DNA from: an uncultured beta proteobacterium
Lineage (GTDB): Bacteria; Pseudomonadota; Gammaproteobacteria; Burkholderiales; SG8-39
NCBI GenBank assembly: GCA_963832685.1
Contig: CAWHUZ010000005.1
Location: forward strand, 141,582 to 205,581
Length of the DNA: 64,000 bases
Direction: 5' to 3'
A model generated the notes under the pieces. The model was given only the letters and a program-made list of their open reading frames with translations. It was not told where the DNA came from and ran no database searches. Below, one piece after another: positions 1 to 17,767 of this stretch. How positions within the stretch are numbered: the stretch's first letter is position 1; every line of letters starts with the position of its first letter. A program made the translations under genes and the position numbers.

Positions 1-863
1 GCGCGCATCCAGCCGGTCACGCCGCCGATCCGCTGCGCGTCGGGCATGACGTAGTCGCAGGCGCCGGCGGCGAGCGCCTGCGCCATCTGTTCCGGCCCCA
101 TGAAGTTCTCCCCGAGCTGGATCGGCGTCGTCACCTCGCGCGTGACGCGCGCGTTGCCCGCGAAGTCGTCCGCGCGCACCGGCTCCTCGATCCAGAGCAC
201 CCCGCCCTCCTCGTCGATCATGCGGCCGCGCCGCAGCGCCTCGTTGACCGTCAGGCACTGGTTGAAGTCGACCATCAAGCTGACCTTGGTTCCGAGCGCC
301 TTCTTCACCGCGCGCAGCGCTTCGATGTCGTCGCGCGCCTCGGGCCGGCCGAGGCGCAGCTTGACCGCGCCGAAGCCCTCCCCGGCCAGCTCGATCGCCT
401 CGCGCACCAGCGCCTTGAGCGACATGATGCCAAGGCCTTTCGAGTTGTAGGCGGCCACCGGCCGCGGCGCCCCGCCGAGCAGCCGCACCAGCGGCTCCCC
501 GTGCGCCTGTCCGAGCGCGTCCCAGGCGGCCATGTCGATGCCCGACATGGCGAACAGGACGATGTTGTGCACGCCGAGCAGCGTGTAGCGCGCGCGCAGC
601 TTGCTTTCGATCTCGAACGGCGCCAGCGGTTCGCCCTTGAGCACCTCGCCCATCGCCTCGACCAGCTTGGCGATCGGCGCCAGGTTCTGCTTGCCGATGC
701 CGAACAGGTAGGCGCGGCCGGTGATGCCGGCGTCGGTCTGGAGATCGATCAGAAGCAGCGGCGCGACGGAGATCGCGCCCGTGCTGGTCGCGAGTGGGCG
801 CTTCATCGGCGCGCCGACGGCGCGCACCCTGATTCCTTTCAGCGCGAGCTTGGGCGTCTTCAT
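1..863 (-). CDS. Enolase-superfamily enzyme (mandelate racemase / muconate lactonizing enzyme family); C-terminus runs off the window
   Basis: Own minus-strand translation from ATG at 863 (ATGA overlap with the stop of the upstream crotonase gene): MKTPKLALKGIRVRAVGAPMKRPLATSTGAI...GFGAVKLRLGRPEARDDIEALRAVKKALG..LMVDFNQ..LWIEEPV..QLGENF. Absent from the ORF track because there is no stop in the window. Confidence 0.75.
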   Translation of the reverse strand, partial: MKTPKLALKGIRVRAVGAPMKRPLATSTGAISVAPLLLIDLQTDAGITGRAYLFGIGKQNLAPIAKLVEAMGEVLKGEPLAPFEIESKLRARYTLLGVHNIVLFAMSGIDMAAWDALGQAHGEPLVRLLGGAPRPVAAYNSKGLGIMSLKALVREAIELAGEGFGAVKLRLGRPEARDDIEALRAVKKALGTKVSLMVDFNQCLTVNEALRRGRMIDEEGGVLWIEEPVRADDFAGNARVTREVTTPIQLGENFMGPEQMAQALAAGACDYVMPDAQRIGGVTGWMR

Positions 864-1642
864 CGTCCCTTGAAGCGCGGCGTGCGCTTTTCCATGAAAG
901 CGCGGCGGCCCTCGACGTGGTCCTCGCTCTTCATGCAGCGCTCGATCAGCGCCTCGCCGGCCGAGAAATCCCCGCGCGCCTCGATCACGCCGTTGATGAT
1001 CGATTTCGAAGCGGCCATCGACAGCGGCGCGTTCGCCGCAAGGTCGTCGGCGAGCTTGCGCACGTAGCCCTCGAGCTCCGCATCCGGCAGCACGCGGTTG
1101 ACCAGTCCCATCGCGAGCGCCTCGTCCGCTTTGTAGCGCCTGCCGGTGAGCATGATCTCGCGCGCCGCGGCGTGGCCGACGCTCGCCACCAGCCGGTTGG
1201 TGCCGTGCACGCCGTAGCCGATGCCCAGCCGCGCGGCGGGAATCGCGAAGCTCGCCGAGGCGCCGGCGTAGCGCAGGTCGCAGGCGAGCGCGATCTCCAG
1301 TCCGCCGCCGAGGCAGAAGCCGCGGATCATCGCCAGCACCGGCTTGGCGGAATTCTCGAGCGCGAGCTGCGCGACGTCGATCGCGTTGTCGTGCTTGCCG
1401 GCCGCTTGCGCGTCCGCGCGCCGCTGCTCGAACTCCGAAATGTCGGCACCGGCGGCGAAGGCAATGTCGCCCGCGCCGCGCAGCACCACGCAACGAACCT
1501 CGGGATCGGCGTCGAATTGCGCCATCGCCTTCGGGATCGCGCGCCACATCTCGCCCGTGATCGCGTTGCGGCGCGCCGGGTTGTCGAAGATCATCCAGCC
1601 GATCGGTCCGTCGCGCTCGGCGCGCAGTCTCGCTTCGCTCAT
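860..1642 (-). CDS. Enoyl-CoA hydratase/isomerase (crotonase) family protein
   Basis: 260-aa ORF with crotonase blocks (FDNPARRNAI, VVLRGAGDIAFAAGADISEF, FCLGGGLEIALACDLRYA). Confidence 0.85.
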   Translation of the reverse strand: MSEARLRAERDGPIGWMIFDNPARRNAITGEMWRAIPKAMAQFDADPEVRCVVLRGAGDIAFAAGADISEFEQRRADAQAAGKHDNAIDVAQLALENSAKPVLAMIRGFCLGGGLEIALACDLRYAGASASFAIPAARLGIGYGVHGTNRLVASVGHAAAREIMLTGRRYKADEALAMGLVNRVLPDAELEGYVRKLADDLAANAPLSMAASKSIINGVIEARGDFSAGEALIERCMKSEDHVEGRRAFMEKRTPRFKGR

Positions 1643-1651
1643 CGGATCTCC

Positions 1652-2830
1652 TCAGATGACCTTGTCGGCGCGCAGCCGCTCGATCTCGGCCTGCGCGTAG
1701 CCGAGCTCGCGCAGGATCTCGGCGTTGTGCTCCCCGGCGGGCCCCATGGCGCGCTTCATGCGCGCCGGCGTGCGCGACAGCCGGATCGCGGGGCCGACCA
1801 GGTTCAGCTCGCCGCCGCCGGGCTTGGGCACCGGCGCCGCCATGCCGAGATGGCGCACCTGCGGGTCGTCGAATACCTCGTTCATCTTGTAGATCGGGCC
1901 GCAGGGCACGCCTGCCTTGTTGAGCAGCTCGATCAGTTCGCTCGAGCCGTGGCGCCGGGTGAGTCCGGCCAGCAGCTCGTTCAGCGCCGCGCGGTTGTTC
2001 GAGCGCAGCGCGCCGGTGGCGTACTCGGCCTGCGTCGCGAGCGCCGGCTCGCCGAGCGCCTCGCACAGCCGCGTCCAGATGACATTGCCCGCGGCGGCGA
2101 TGTTGACGTAGCCGTCGGTCGTCGGGAACACGCCGGTCGGGATCGACGTCGGGTGGTCGTTGCCGGCCTGCCCGGGCACGTGGCCCTCGACCAGCCAGCG
2201 CGCGGCCTGGAAGTCCATCATCGCCACCATCGCCGACAAGAGCGAGCTCTGCACCCATTGTCCCTTGCCCGTGCGGCCGCGCTCCTGCAGCGCGATCATG
2301 ACCCCGAGCGCGGCGTACAGGCCGGCGGTCAGGTCGGCCACCGGGATGCCCGCGCGCACCGGACCCTGCCCGGGGAGTCCGGTCACCCACATCAGGCCGC
2401 CCATGCCCTGGGCGATCTGGTCGAAGCCGGCGCGGTCGCGGTAGGGGCCGTCCTGGCCGAAGCCCGAGATGCTCGCATAGATCAGCCCCGGGTTCTCCTT
2501 CGCGAGCGTCTCGTAGTCGATGCCCAGGCGGTGCTTGACGTCAGGGCGGTAGTTCTCGATGAGCACGTCGGCGGTCTTCACCAGGCGCTTGAGCGCCTCG
2601 ACCCCGCGCGGGTCCTTGAGGTTGAGGGTGATCGAGCGCTTGTTGCGATGCAGGTTCTGGAAGTCCGATCCCTGGCGCGGCCCGAAGCCGTCCTCGCCGT
2701 CGGTCGCCGGCGCCTCGACCTTGATCACGTCCGCGCCCCAGTCGGCGAACTGCTTGGCGCAGGTCGGGCCCGCGCGCACGCGCGTGAGGTCGATCACGCG
2801 CAGATGGGAGAGCGCCTCAGCCCCGGGCAC
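1652..2830 (-). CDS. Family III CoA-transferase (CaiB/BaiF type)
   Basis: 392-aa ORF. N-terminus LSHLRVIDLTRVRAGPTCAKQFADWGADVIKVE and overall length fit the CaiB/BaiF family. Confidence 0.85.
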   Translation of the reverse strand: MPGAEALSHLRVIDLTRVRAGPTCAKQFADWGADVIKVEAPATDGEDGFGPRQGSDFQNLHRNKRSITLNLKDPRGVEALKRLVKTADVLIENYRPDVKHRLGIDYETLAKENPGLIYASISGFGQDGPYRDRAGFDQIAQGMGGLMWVTGLPGQGPVRAGIPVADLTAGLYAALGVMIALQERGRTGKGQWVQSSLLSAMVAMMDFQAARWLVEGHVPGQAGNDHPTSIPTGVFPTTDGYVNIAAAGNVIWTRLCEALGEPALATQAEYATGALRSNNRAALNELLAGLTRRHGSSELIELLNKAGVPCGPIYKMNEVFDDPQVRHLGMAAPVPKPGGGELNLVGPAIRLSRTPARMKRAMGPAGEHNAEILRELGYAQAEIERLRADKVI

Positions 2831-3656
2831 GGCCTGCCTCCACTTGGTGAAAGAAATCCTCGACCAGCCGGTTGAACAGCGCCGGTTCCTCGAGATTGAT
2901 CATGTGCCCGGTTTTCGGCACCACCGCGAGCGCGGCGCCAGGCACCGTCCGCTTGATCAACAGCGAGGGCTCGATCGTCGAGGGGTCCTCGTCGCCCGCG
3001 ATCACCAGCAGCGGCGCCCTGATCGCCGCCATCTCGGCGCTCAGGTCGTACAGCGACGGCCTGCGCGCCTGGTAGCCGAGCATGGTGTTGGCCGAACCCT
3101 GCGCCGAGTGCTCGGCGAGGTTGCGCTGGAACTCGGCAAAGCCGCGCGGATCCTTCGCCTTCATGGTCACGCGGGTGGGATTCTCACCGTAGCTCGCGGC
3201 GAAATGCGCCATGCCGCGCTCGAGCATCGTCTTGGCGTTGGCGCGCGAATCGGCCTGGAAACGAGCGTACTCGCTCTTGTGCGCGCCGCTGCCGACGGCC
3301 GCAGTCACCAGCGACAGCGCCCGCTCGCTGTGCACCATGCCGAAGTGAAGAGTGGCCATCGCGCCCATGGAAAGGCCGACCACGTGCGCGCGCTCGATTC
3401 CCAGCCCGTCGAGCACGCAGCGCACGTCGTCGCGCTCGCGCGCCTGCGAGTACGAATCGGGGTTCTGCGGCACGTCCGAGGGCGGGTAGCCGCGTGCGTT
3501 GTACGCGATGCAGCGGTAGCGGCGCGAGAAATGCCGCACTTGCGGCTCCCAGCTGCGGCAGTCGCCCGCAAACTCGTGCACGAACAGGATCGGCGTGCCG
3601 CTCCCGGTTTCCTCGTAATACAGCTTTACGCCGTCGTCGGTTGTGAGAGTAGGCAT
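2817..3656 (-). CDS. Alpha/beta-fold hydrolase
   Basis: 279-aa ORF with G-x-S-x-G nucleophile elbow (VVGLSMGA). N-terminal beta strand plus HEFAGD..W is typical of the fold. Confidence 0.8.
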   Translation of the reverse strand: MPTLTTDDGVKLYYEETGSGTPILFVHEFAGDCRSWEPQVRHFSRRYRCIAYNARGYPPSDVPQNPDSYSQARERDDVRCVLDGLGIERAHVVGLSMGAMATLHFGMVHSERALSLVTAAVGSGAHKSEYARFQADSRANAKTMLERGMAHFAASYGENPTRVTMKAKDPRGFAEFQRNLAEHSAQGSANTMLGYQARRPSLYDLSAEMAAIRAPLLVIAGDEDPSTIEPSLLIKRTVPGAALAVVPKTGHMINLEEPALFNRLVEDFFHQVEAGRARG

Positions 3657-3707
3657 CTGAAATGTGCAAGACTAACTAAAATTGCGCAATCGAGGGAGGG
3701 CTGTTTT

Positions 3708-4442
3708 ATGGATCTGAACCTGACGGGCCGGCGCGCGCTGGTGACCGGCGCCTCGAAGGGCATCGGCAAGGCCTGCGCCGAGGCGCTCGCCGCGGAAGGC
3801 TGCGAAGTGCTGGGCGCGGCGCGCAACCCCGCGCCGGGACCGAACGCGAAAGCGATCGACCTCTCGCAACGGGGGGCGCCCGAGGCTCTCGCGGCCTGGG
3901 CCGGCGAGATCGACATCCTGATCAACAACGCCGGCGCGATCCCCGGCGGCGACCTGCTCAAGGTCGACGAGGAAACATGGCGCCGCGCCTGGGACCTCAA
4001 GCTGTTCGGCTACATCAACCTCAGCCGGCAGGTCTACGCTTCGATGAAGAAGCGCGGCCGCGGGGTGATCCTCAACATCATCGGCAGCGCCGGCGAAAAA
4101 ATGGACGCGGCCTACATCGCGGGCAGCACGGCCAACGCCGGCCTGATGGCGTTCACGCGCGCGCTCGGCGGGGCCTCGCACGCCGACGGCATCCGGGTGC
4201 TGGGGATCAACCCCGGCCCGGTGTCGACCGACCGCCTGACCAGCCTGTACAAGCAGCGCGCGCAGACGCTGCTCGGGGACGCAGCGCGCTACGAGGAGCT
4301 GTTCGCCAACATGTCGTTCGGCCGCCCCGCGACGCCCGAGGAGATCGCCGCTGCCGCGCTGTTTCTCGTATCGGACCGCTCGGCCTATACCTCGGGGTGC
4401 ATACTGACGATAGACGGCGGACTGGCGAGCCGTTCCCACTAG
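3708..4442 (+). CDS. Short-chain dehydrogenase/reductase (SDR)
   Basis: ATG 3708 is preceded by GAGGGAGGG. MDLNLTGRRALVTGASKGIGKA carries the TGxxxGIG Rossmann motif, with NNAG further on. The 627-aa track ORF 2559..4442 is an upstream over-extension. Confidence 0.85.
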   Translation: MDLNLTGRRALVTGASKGIGKACAEALAAEGCEVLGAARNPAPGPNAKAIDLSQRGAPEALAAWAGEIDILINNAGAIPGGDLLKVDEETWRRAWDLKLFGYINLSRQVYASMKKRGRGVILNIIGSAGEKMDAAYIAGSTANAGLMAFTRALGGASHADGIRVLGINPGPVSTDRLTSLYKQRAQTLLGDAARYEELFANMSFGRPATPEEIAAAALFLVSDRSAYTSGCILTIDGGLASRSH

Positions 4443-4463
4443 CGCTATGGCAACGGAAATCCC

Positions 4464-5447
4464 ATGAAGGCAGTCATCTGCAAGCAGTTCGGCCCCCCCG
4501 AAACCCTGGTCATCGGCGAGCTTCCCTCCCCCAAGCCCGGACCGGGCGAGGTCGTGGTGACGGTCAAGGCGGCAAGCGTCAATTTTCCGGACGTGCTCAT
4601 CATCCAGAACAAATACCAGGTGAAGGCGACGCCTCCCTTCACGCCCGGCTCCGAGTTCGCCGGCGTGGTGAAGGAGGTCGGCGCCGGCGTCACGCATGTG
4701 AAGCCGGGAGACCGCGTGCTCGGCGCGGGCGGCTTCGGCGGCTTCGCCGAGGAATGCCTTGTAGGCGCCGGCACGCGCCTGGTGCCGATCCCGTCGCGGA
4801 TGGACTTTCCGACCGCGGCCTCGTTCCTGCTGACCTACGGCACGTCGCACCACGCGCTGTGCAATCGCGCCGACGCCAAGGCGGGCGAAACGCTGCTGGT
4901 GCTTGGCGCCGCGGGCGGCGTCGGCCTGGCGGCGGTCGAGATCGGCAAGATCCTCGGCCTGCGCGTGATCGCGGCGGCCTCCAGCGCCGAAAAGCTCGCC
5001 GTGTGCCGCGAGCACGGCGCCGACGAGACGATCGACTACGCCGCCGAGGACATGCGCGCGCGCATCAAGGCGCTCACGGATGGCAAGGGCGTCGACCTGA
5101 TCTACGACCCGGTCGGCGGCGCCTACACCGAGGCGGCGCTGCGCTCCTCGGCCTGGCGCGCGCGGCTGCTGGTGATCGGCTTCGCCGCCGGCGAGATCCC
5201 GAAGCTGCCGCTCAACCTGCCGCTGCTGATGGAACGCTCGATCGTGGGCGTATATTGGGGCGAGTGGACCAAGCGCGCGCCGGACGAGTTCGCCGCAGCG
5301 CTCAAGCAGCTCGGCGAATGGTTCGGCGAAGGCAGGCTCCGCCCGCACATCTCCGCGAGCTACCCGCTGGCGCAGGCGGTGCAGGCGCTCAAGGACATGG
5401 CCGAGCGCCGCGTAATGGGCAAGGTGGTGCTGCTGCCCGATGCCTGA
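4464..5447 (+). CDS. NADPH:quinone oxidoreductase / zeta-crystallin-type medium-chain dehydrogenase
   Basis: 327-aa ORF: MKAVICKQFGPPETLVIGELPSPKPGPGEVVV.., cofactor loop LVLGAAGGVGLAAVEIGK. Confidence 0.8.
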   Translation: MKAVICKQFGPPETLVIGELPSPKPGPGEVVVTVKAASVNFPDVLIIQNKYQVKATPPFTPGSEFAGVVKEVGAGVTHVKPGDRVLGAGGFGGFAEECLVGAGTRLVPIPSRMDFPTAASFLLTYGTSHHALCNRADAKAGETLLVLGAAGGVGLAAVEIGKILGLRVIAAASSAEKLAVCREHGADETIDYAAEDMRARIKALTDGKGVDLIYDPVGGAYTEAALRSSAWRARLLVIGFAAGEIPKLPLNLPLLMERSIVGVYWGEWTKRAPDEFAAALKQLGEWFGEGRLRPHISASYPLAQAVQALKDMAERRVMGKVVLLPDA

Positions 5448-6375
5448 CGCGCGGGTGCTGGTCCTCGGGGCCGGCGCGATCGGCGCGTTCTACGGCGGGG
5501 TGCTGGCGCGCGCGGGCGGCGAGGTGTCGGTCGTCGCGCGCGCCGATTACGACGCCGTCGCGGCCGACGGCTATCGCATCGAAAGCACGCTCGGCGAGCT
5601 CTCGTTCCGTCCCGCGCAGCTGCTGCGCTCGGCGGGCGAATACCGCGGCGAGGCGGACTACGTGCTCGTGGCCCTCAAACTCGCCCGCGGCGTCGACCGT
5701 GCCGCCCTCCTCGGCCCGGCGCTCGCCCCCGGCAGCGCCATCGTGCTGGTGCAGAACGGCATTGGCATCGAGGACGAGGTGGCGCGGGCGTTTCCCCGCC
5801 ACGAGCTGCTGTCCGGGGTCGCCTACGCGGCGGTGAGCCGCGAGGCGCCGGGTCGCGTGCGCCATCACTCGAAGTTCACGCGACTTGTGCTGGGATGCTA
5901 CCCGGGCGGCGCCTCCGACAAGGCCGCGCGCTTTGCGGAGCTTCTGAAGAAGGGCGGCTCGAGCTGCGTCGTGACCGAGGACATCGTCGGTGCGCGCTGG
6001 GAAAAGTGCGCCTGGAACGCCGTGTTCAATCCGATTTCCGCGATCGGGGGTGGGCTCGGCACCCGCGACATCCTCTCCGGCGAGGAGCAGACCGCGTTCG
6101 TGCGCGCCGCGATCGCCGAGGTATGCGCGGTGGCCGCCGCGGACGGCCATCCGCTCGCGCCCGGCACCCCGGACACGCAGGTCGAGGGCACGCGGCGGAT
6201 GCCGAACTTCGTCTCCAGCATGGGCCAGGACCGGCTCGCGGGCCGGCCGATGGAAACCGAGGCGCTCCTCGGCAACGCCGTGCGCATCGCGCGCCGCTTG
6301 GGCGTCGCCGCACCGCGGCTCGAAGCGCTCTATGCGCTGCTGCGCATGAGCGAATCGAAAGCCGGCGCCGCGTGA
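5440..6375 (+). CDS. 2-dehydropantoate 2-reductase (ApbA/PanE) family oxidoreductase
   Basis: 311-aa ORF with N-terminal VLVLGAGAIGAFYGGVLARAG dinucleotide fold and a WEKCAWNAVFNPISA block typical of ketopantoate reductases. Confidence 0.7.
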   Translation: MPDARVLVLGAGAIGAFYGGVLARAGGEVSVVARADYDAVAADGYRIESTLGELSFRPAQLLRSAGEYRGEADYVLVALKLARGVDRAALLGPALAPGSAIVLVQNGIGIEDEVARAFPRHELLSGVAYAAVSREAPGRVRHHSKFTRLVLGCYPGGASDKAARFAELLKKGGSSCVVTEDIVGARWEKCAWNAVFNPISAIGGGLGTRDILSGEEQTAFVRAAIAEVCAVAAADGHPLAPGTPDTQVEGTRRMPNFVSSMGQDRLAGRPMETEALLGNAVRIARRLGVAAPRLEALYALLRMSESKAGAA

Positions 6376-7124
6376 TCGAGACGCTGCACGCCACCGCCCC
6401 GGCATGGCAGCTCGCCTTGTGCGCGCTGGTGGTCGTGGCCGCCTATACCCTGCGCGGTGCGACCGGCTTCGGCGCCGGCGTGGTGGCGATTCCGCTGCTG
6501 GTGCTGGTGCTGCCGCTTCGCACGGTGATCCCCGTCATCACCACGCTCGGCATCGTCGCGTCCTTCGGTCAGACGGTGCGCGAATTCCGCCACGTCGACT
6601 GGCGCGGCGTGCGCGGCCTGCTGCTGCCCACGATCGTCGGCTGGGCGGCGGGGCTGTGGCTGTTCAAGGAACTGCACCCCGAGATGCTGCGCAACGCGCT
6701 GGCGCTGTTCATCATCGCCTACGCGTTGTGGAACCTATCGCCGCGCAAGGCGGTGCTGCACGCGCCCCGGGTCTGGCTCGCGCCGCTCGCCGGCGCGGGC
6801 GGCGGGCTGGTCAGCACGCTGTTCGGCGGCATGGCGGGACCCATATTTGTCATCTACCTGAACGCGCTGGTGCTCGACAAGGCGCGCTTTCGCGCCACCA
6901 TGTCCGCGATCCTGTTCCTGCTCGCGCTGCTACGCGCCGGCGGCTACGGCGGCCTCGGTTTCTACGATGCGAGGGCGATTGCGCTGATCGCGCTGCTGCT
7001 GCCGGCGATGATCGTGGGCATGGTGCTGGGCGAGCGCGTGCACCACGGCTTGCCCGAGGCGATCTTCAAGCGGGTGGTCGCCCTGCTGCTGGTGGCGAGC
7101 GGCGTCGCGCTGCTGCTCAAGTAA
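6372..7124 (+). CDS. TauE/SafE family sulfite/anion exporter (membrane protein)
   Basis: GTG 6372 overlaps the upstream stop (GTGA). The protein is polytopic and hydrophobic with the LRGATGFGAGVVAIPLL motif, repeated in the second half (GGGLVSTLFGGMAGP). Confidence 0.75.
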   Translation: MIETLHATAPAWQLALCALVVVAAYTLRGATGFGAGVVAIPLLVLVLPLRTVIPVITTLGIVASFGQTVREFRHVDWRGVRGLLLPTIVGWAAGLWLFKELHPEMLRNALALFIIAYALWNLSPRKAVLHAPRVWLAPLAGAGGGLVSTLFGGMAGPIFVIYLNALVLDKARFRATMSAILFLLALLRAGGYGGLGFYDARAIALIALLLPAMIVGMVLGERVHHGLPEAIFKRVVALLLVASGVALLLK

Positions 7125-7653
7125 GCGGGCGCGTCGCGTCCCCCGGGCCGAGCGGGCGTTGCATGACGACGCTGTCCACCCAGCGGCCGAATTTGAACCC
7201 GACCGAGCGCAGCGTGCCGACGCGAAGGAATCCCTGCCGCGCGTGCAGCTCGATGGATGCCGTGTTGGCGCTGTCGCCGATCACGGCGATCAGTTGCCGG
7301 TAGCCGAGCCCGGCGCAGCGCGCGACCAACGCGCCCAGGATCGCGCGCCCGACGCCGCGCCGGACCATGTCGTGCCGGATGTAAACCGAGTCCTCCAGCG
7401 CGTAGCGGTAGGCCGAGCGGGCACGGTAGGGGGCGCAATAGCCGTATCCGGCGATCGCACCGTCGAGCTCGAGCGCAAGATACGGCAGTCCGCGCGAGGC
7501 GACGTCCTCGAACCGCCTTCGAATCTCCTCCGGCGGCGGCGGCACCTCCTCGAACGAGGCGAGGCCGTGCAGAACGTGGCGCGCGTAGATGGCGTGGATC
7601 GCGCCCAGGTCCGCGCTCGTCGCAGGCCTGGGCCGCAGGATTTCTTCGGACAA
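7117..7653 (-). CDS. GNAT N-acetyltransferase, phosphinothricin-acetyltransferase (PAT/MnaT)-like
   Basis: LRPRPATSADLGAIHAIYARHV...DSVYIRHDMVRRGVGRAILGALV...NTASIELHARQGFLRVGTLRSVGFKFGRWVDSVVMQR. Likely TTG start at 7653; the Arg-rich N-terminal extension in track ORF 7117..7776 looks non-native. Confidence 0.75.
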   Translation of the reverse strand: MSEEILRPRPATSADLGAIHAIYARHVLHGLASFEEVPPPPEEIRRRFEDVASRGLPYLALELDGAIAGYGYCAPYRARSAYRYALEDSVYIRHDMVRRGVGRAILGALVARCAGLGYRQLIAVIGDSANTASIELHARQGFLRVGTLRSVGFKFGRWVDSVVMQRPLGPGDATRPLT

Positions 7654-7657
7654 TGCC

Positions 7658-7861
7658 CTAGCTCTTGTAGTCCGGCGCTTCCCGGTCGAGGATGCGCTTG
7701 AGCGCCTCGAAATGCGCGCCGGCGTATCTCGGCGCGTCCGCGAGGATCGCGCGGCAAGTCTCGCGCGCGACCTCAAGCGCGAGCCGGAAGGCGGCGGCGA
7801 GATCGATCCTCCCCAGACGCTCCGGGTTCGTGACCTGGTTTAGTTCGCGTACCTTGTTCAT
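7658..7861 (-). CDS. Hypothetical 67-aa protein
   Basis: Strong GC3 codon bias. Its stop lies 4 nt before the GNAT start. No recognisable motif and a weak RBS. It starts only ~15 nt after the rpoC terminator. Confidence 0.4.
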   Translation of the reverse strand: MNKVRELNQVTNPERLGRIDLAAAFRLALEVARETCRAILADAPRYAGAHFEALKRILDREAPDYKS

Positions 7862-7875
7862 ACCCGGCTATGGTA

Positions 7876-7905
7876 AATAAAAAAAGGGGCGGCCGCAGCC
7901 GCCCC
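7876..7905 (-). terminator. Rho-independent terminator of rpoC
   Basis: On the minus strand: GGGGCGGC-UGCG-GCCGCCCC followed by UUUUUUUAUUU, 24 nt after the rpoC stop. Confidence 0.85.
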
Positions 7906-7928
7906 TGTCGTTCCCCTTGCGGATCGCG

Positions 7929-16420
<8,492 letters not shown>

Positions 16421-16548
16421 GAAGGCTCCCAGTGAAGGAACGCTATTGCGGCAAAGGACAAAGCGAAGACGCGGCGGCCCGACGGTTCGCAGCGTCTTGG
16501 TTTTGCACTCTGTCTCTGTGTATTAGGACTCGGGCTGGGTAAGAGAGC

Positions 16549-16577
16549 CCGGCGGCCCGGAAGTTCCGGGCCGCCGG
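16549..16577 (-). terminator. rplL-rpoB intergenic attenuator hairpin
   Basis: Perfect 12-bp GC stem (CCGGCGGCCCGG / CCGGGCCGCCGG) with a 5-nt loop, followed by a weakly U-rich tract. The position matches the partial terminator known between rplL and rpoB. Confidence 0.6.
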
Positions 16578-16593
16578 ACTCGCAACCAGGCGT

Positions 16594-16977
16594 TTACTTG
16601 ATCTCGGCCTTTCCGCCGGCGTCGGTCAGCTTCTTCACCATTGCATCGGCGTCGGCCTTGGAAACGCCCTCCTTGACCGCCTTGGGCGCGCCGTCGACCA
16701 GGTCCTTGGCCTCTTTCAGCCCCAGACCGGTCAGCTCGCGTACCGCCTTGATGACGTTCACCTTGTTGTCGCCGATCGCGGTCAGCGTCACGGTGAACTC
16801 GGTCTGCTCTTCCGCAGCGGCCGCGCCGCCCGCGGCGCCGCCAGCCGGTGCCGCAACCGCAACAGCGGCCGCGGCCGAGACGCCGAACTTGTCTTCCATG
16901 TCCTTGATGAGCTGGGACAGCTCCAGGACGGTCATGCCCGAAATTGCCTCGAGAATTTGTGCTCGTTCCATCTTCAA
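16594..16977 (-). CDS. rplL: 50S ribosomal protein L7/L12
   Basis: 127 aa with an Ala-rich hinge and C-terminal [28 protein letters not shown]. Confidence 0.98.
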   Translation of the reverse strand: MKMERAQILEAISGMTVLELSQLIKDMEDKFGVSAAAAVAVAAPAGGAAGGAAAAEEQTEFTVTLTAIGDNKVNVIKAVRELTGLGLKEAKDLVDGAPKAVKEGVSKADADAMVKKLTDAGGKAEIK

Positions 16978-17019
16978 CTCCTGAATGTTTAGGGTTCCTG
17001 AATGTTTGGTCGGTTCGGA

Positions 17020-17550
17020 TCAGGCCGCAGCCTTCTCCTTGTGGTCGCGTACCGCGGCCAGCGTGCGCACGAACTTGCCCGGCACCTCGTTCATGGTCCG
17101 CACGAGCTTGGCGACCGGCGCCTGCATCGTGCCCATGAGCTTGGCCAGCAGCTCGTCGCGGCTCGGCAGCAATGCGAGCGCCGTAACGTCCTTGGCGGAC
17201 ATCACGCTGTTCGGCATTGCCCCGCCCTTGATGACGAAGAACTCGTTCGTCTTGGCAAACTCGGCCAGCACTTTTGCGCCAGCGACCGGATCCTGCGCGA
17301 TGCCGTACATCAGCGGGCCGATCATCTGCTCGGCCAGCTTCTCGAACGGGGTGCCCTTTACGGCACGCCGTGCGAGGGAATTCTTCAGCACGCGCAGGTA
17401 GACGCCCGACTTCCTTGCGGCGGCGCGCAGGCCAGTCACGCTCTCGACATTGAGGCCGCGATATTCCGCGACGATCAATGCCTGCGCGTTGCTGAGCTGC
17501 GCGGCGATCTCGGTTACGACCGCCTGCTTCTGCTCCAGACTAAGACTCAA
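17020..17550 (-). CDS. rplJ: 50S ribosomal protein L10
   Basis: 176-aa ORF directly upstream of rplL: [35 protein letters not shown]. Confidence 0.97.
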   Translation of the reverse strand: MSLSLEQKQAVVTEIAAQLSNAQALIVAEYRGLNVESVTGLRAAARKSGVYLRVLKNSLARRAVKGTPFEKLAEQMIGPLMYGIAQDPVAGAKVLAEFAKTNEFFVIKGGAMPNSVMSAKDVTALALLPSRDELLAKLMGTMQAPVAKLVRTMNEVPGKFVRTLAAVRDHKEKAAA

Positions 17551-17767
17551 GGTCTACCTCCTTGCGTTGATCAAACGGCCGTGCCTTGCGGTACGGCCCC
17601 CATGGCGACCTTGAATCAGGAACCCTAGATTCCTGCTTCGGGTGCGCCGTCTGCGTAGGGCGCTGCTGCTCGTTTAAGCCGCTGCGGTCAAACACCCGTG
17701 CGGCCCCTACGGTCTTTGACAGCAACCGGCCGTTCCTGCGAACGACCGGCAGCCCAAAGTCCTTGCT
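17551..17767 (-). promoter_or_regulatory. rplJ 5' leader (expected L10 autoregulatory leader region)
   Basis: 217-nt non-coding gap between rplA and rplJ, the position where the L10(L12)4-binding leader lies in other proteobacteria. The structure was not modelled here. Confidence 0.45.

Noticed and set aside
917-2875. 652-aa plus-strand ORF and many similar long ORFs antisense to real genes (e.g. 3672..5348-, 7917..10400+, 10497..12122+, 12510..14462+, 14354..16435+, 35247..37520+, 40075..41352-, 41295..42908-, 58481..60355-).
   Set aside because: They lie opposite genes with unmistakable conserved products (CoA-transferase, rpoC, rpoB, mshE, Ior, dctM). Their translations are Arg/Ala/Gly/Pro-rich low-complexity strings, the usual stop-codon-poor artefact of high-GC DNA.
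7117-7861. 67-aa ORF plus GNAT as a DUF1778/GNAT (TacAT/KacAT-like) toxin-antitoxin pair.
   Set aside because: The GNAT aligns by eye along its whole length with phosphinothricin/MSX acetyltransferases rather than tRNA-acetylating toxins. The small protein shows no ribbon-helix-helix pattern I can recognise. It is kept only as a low-interest note.
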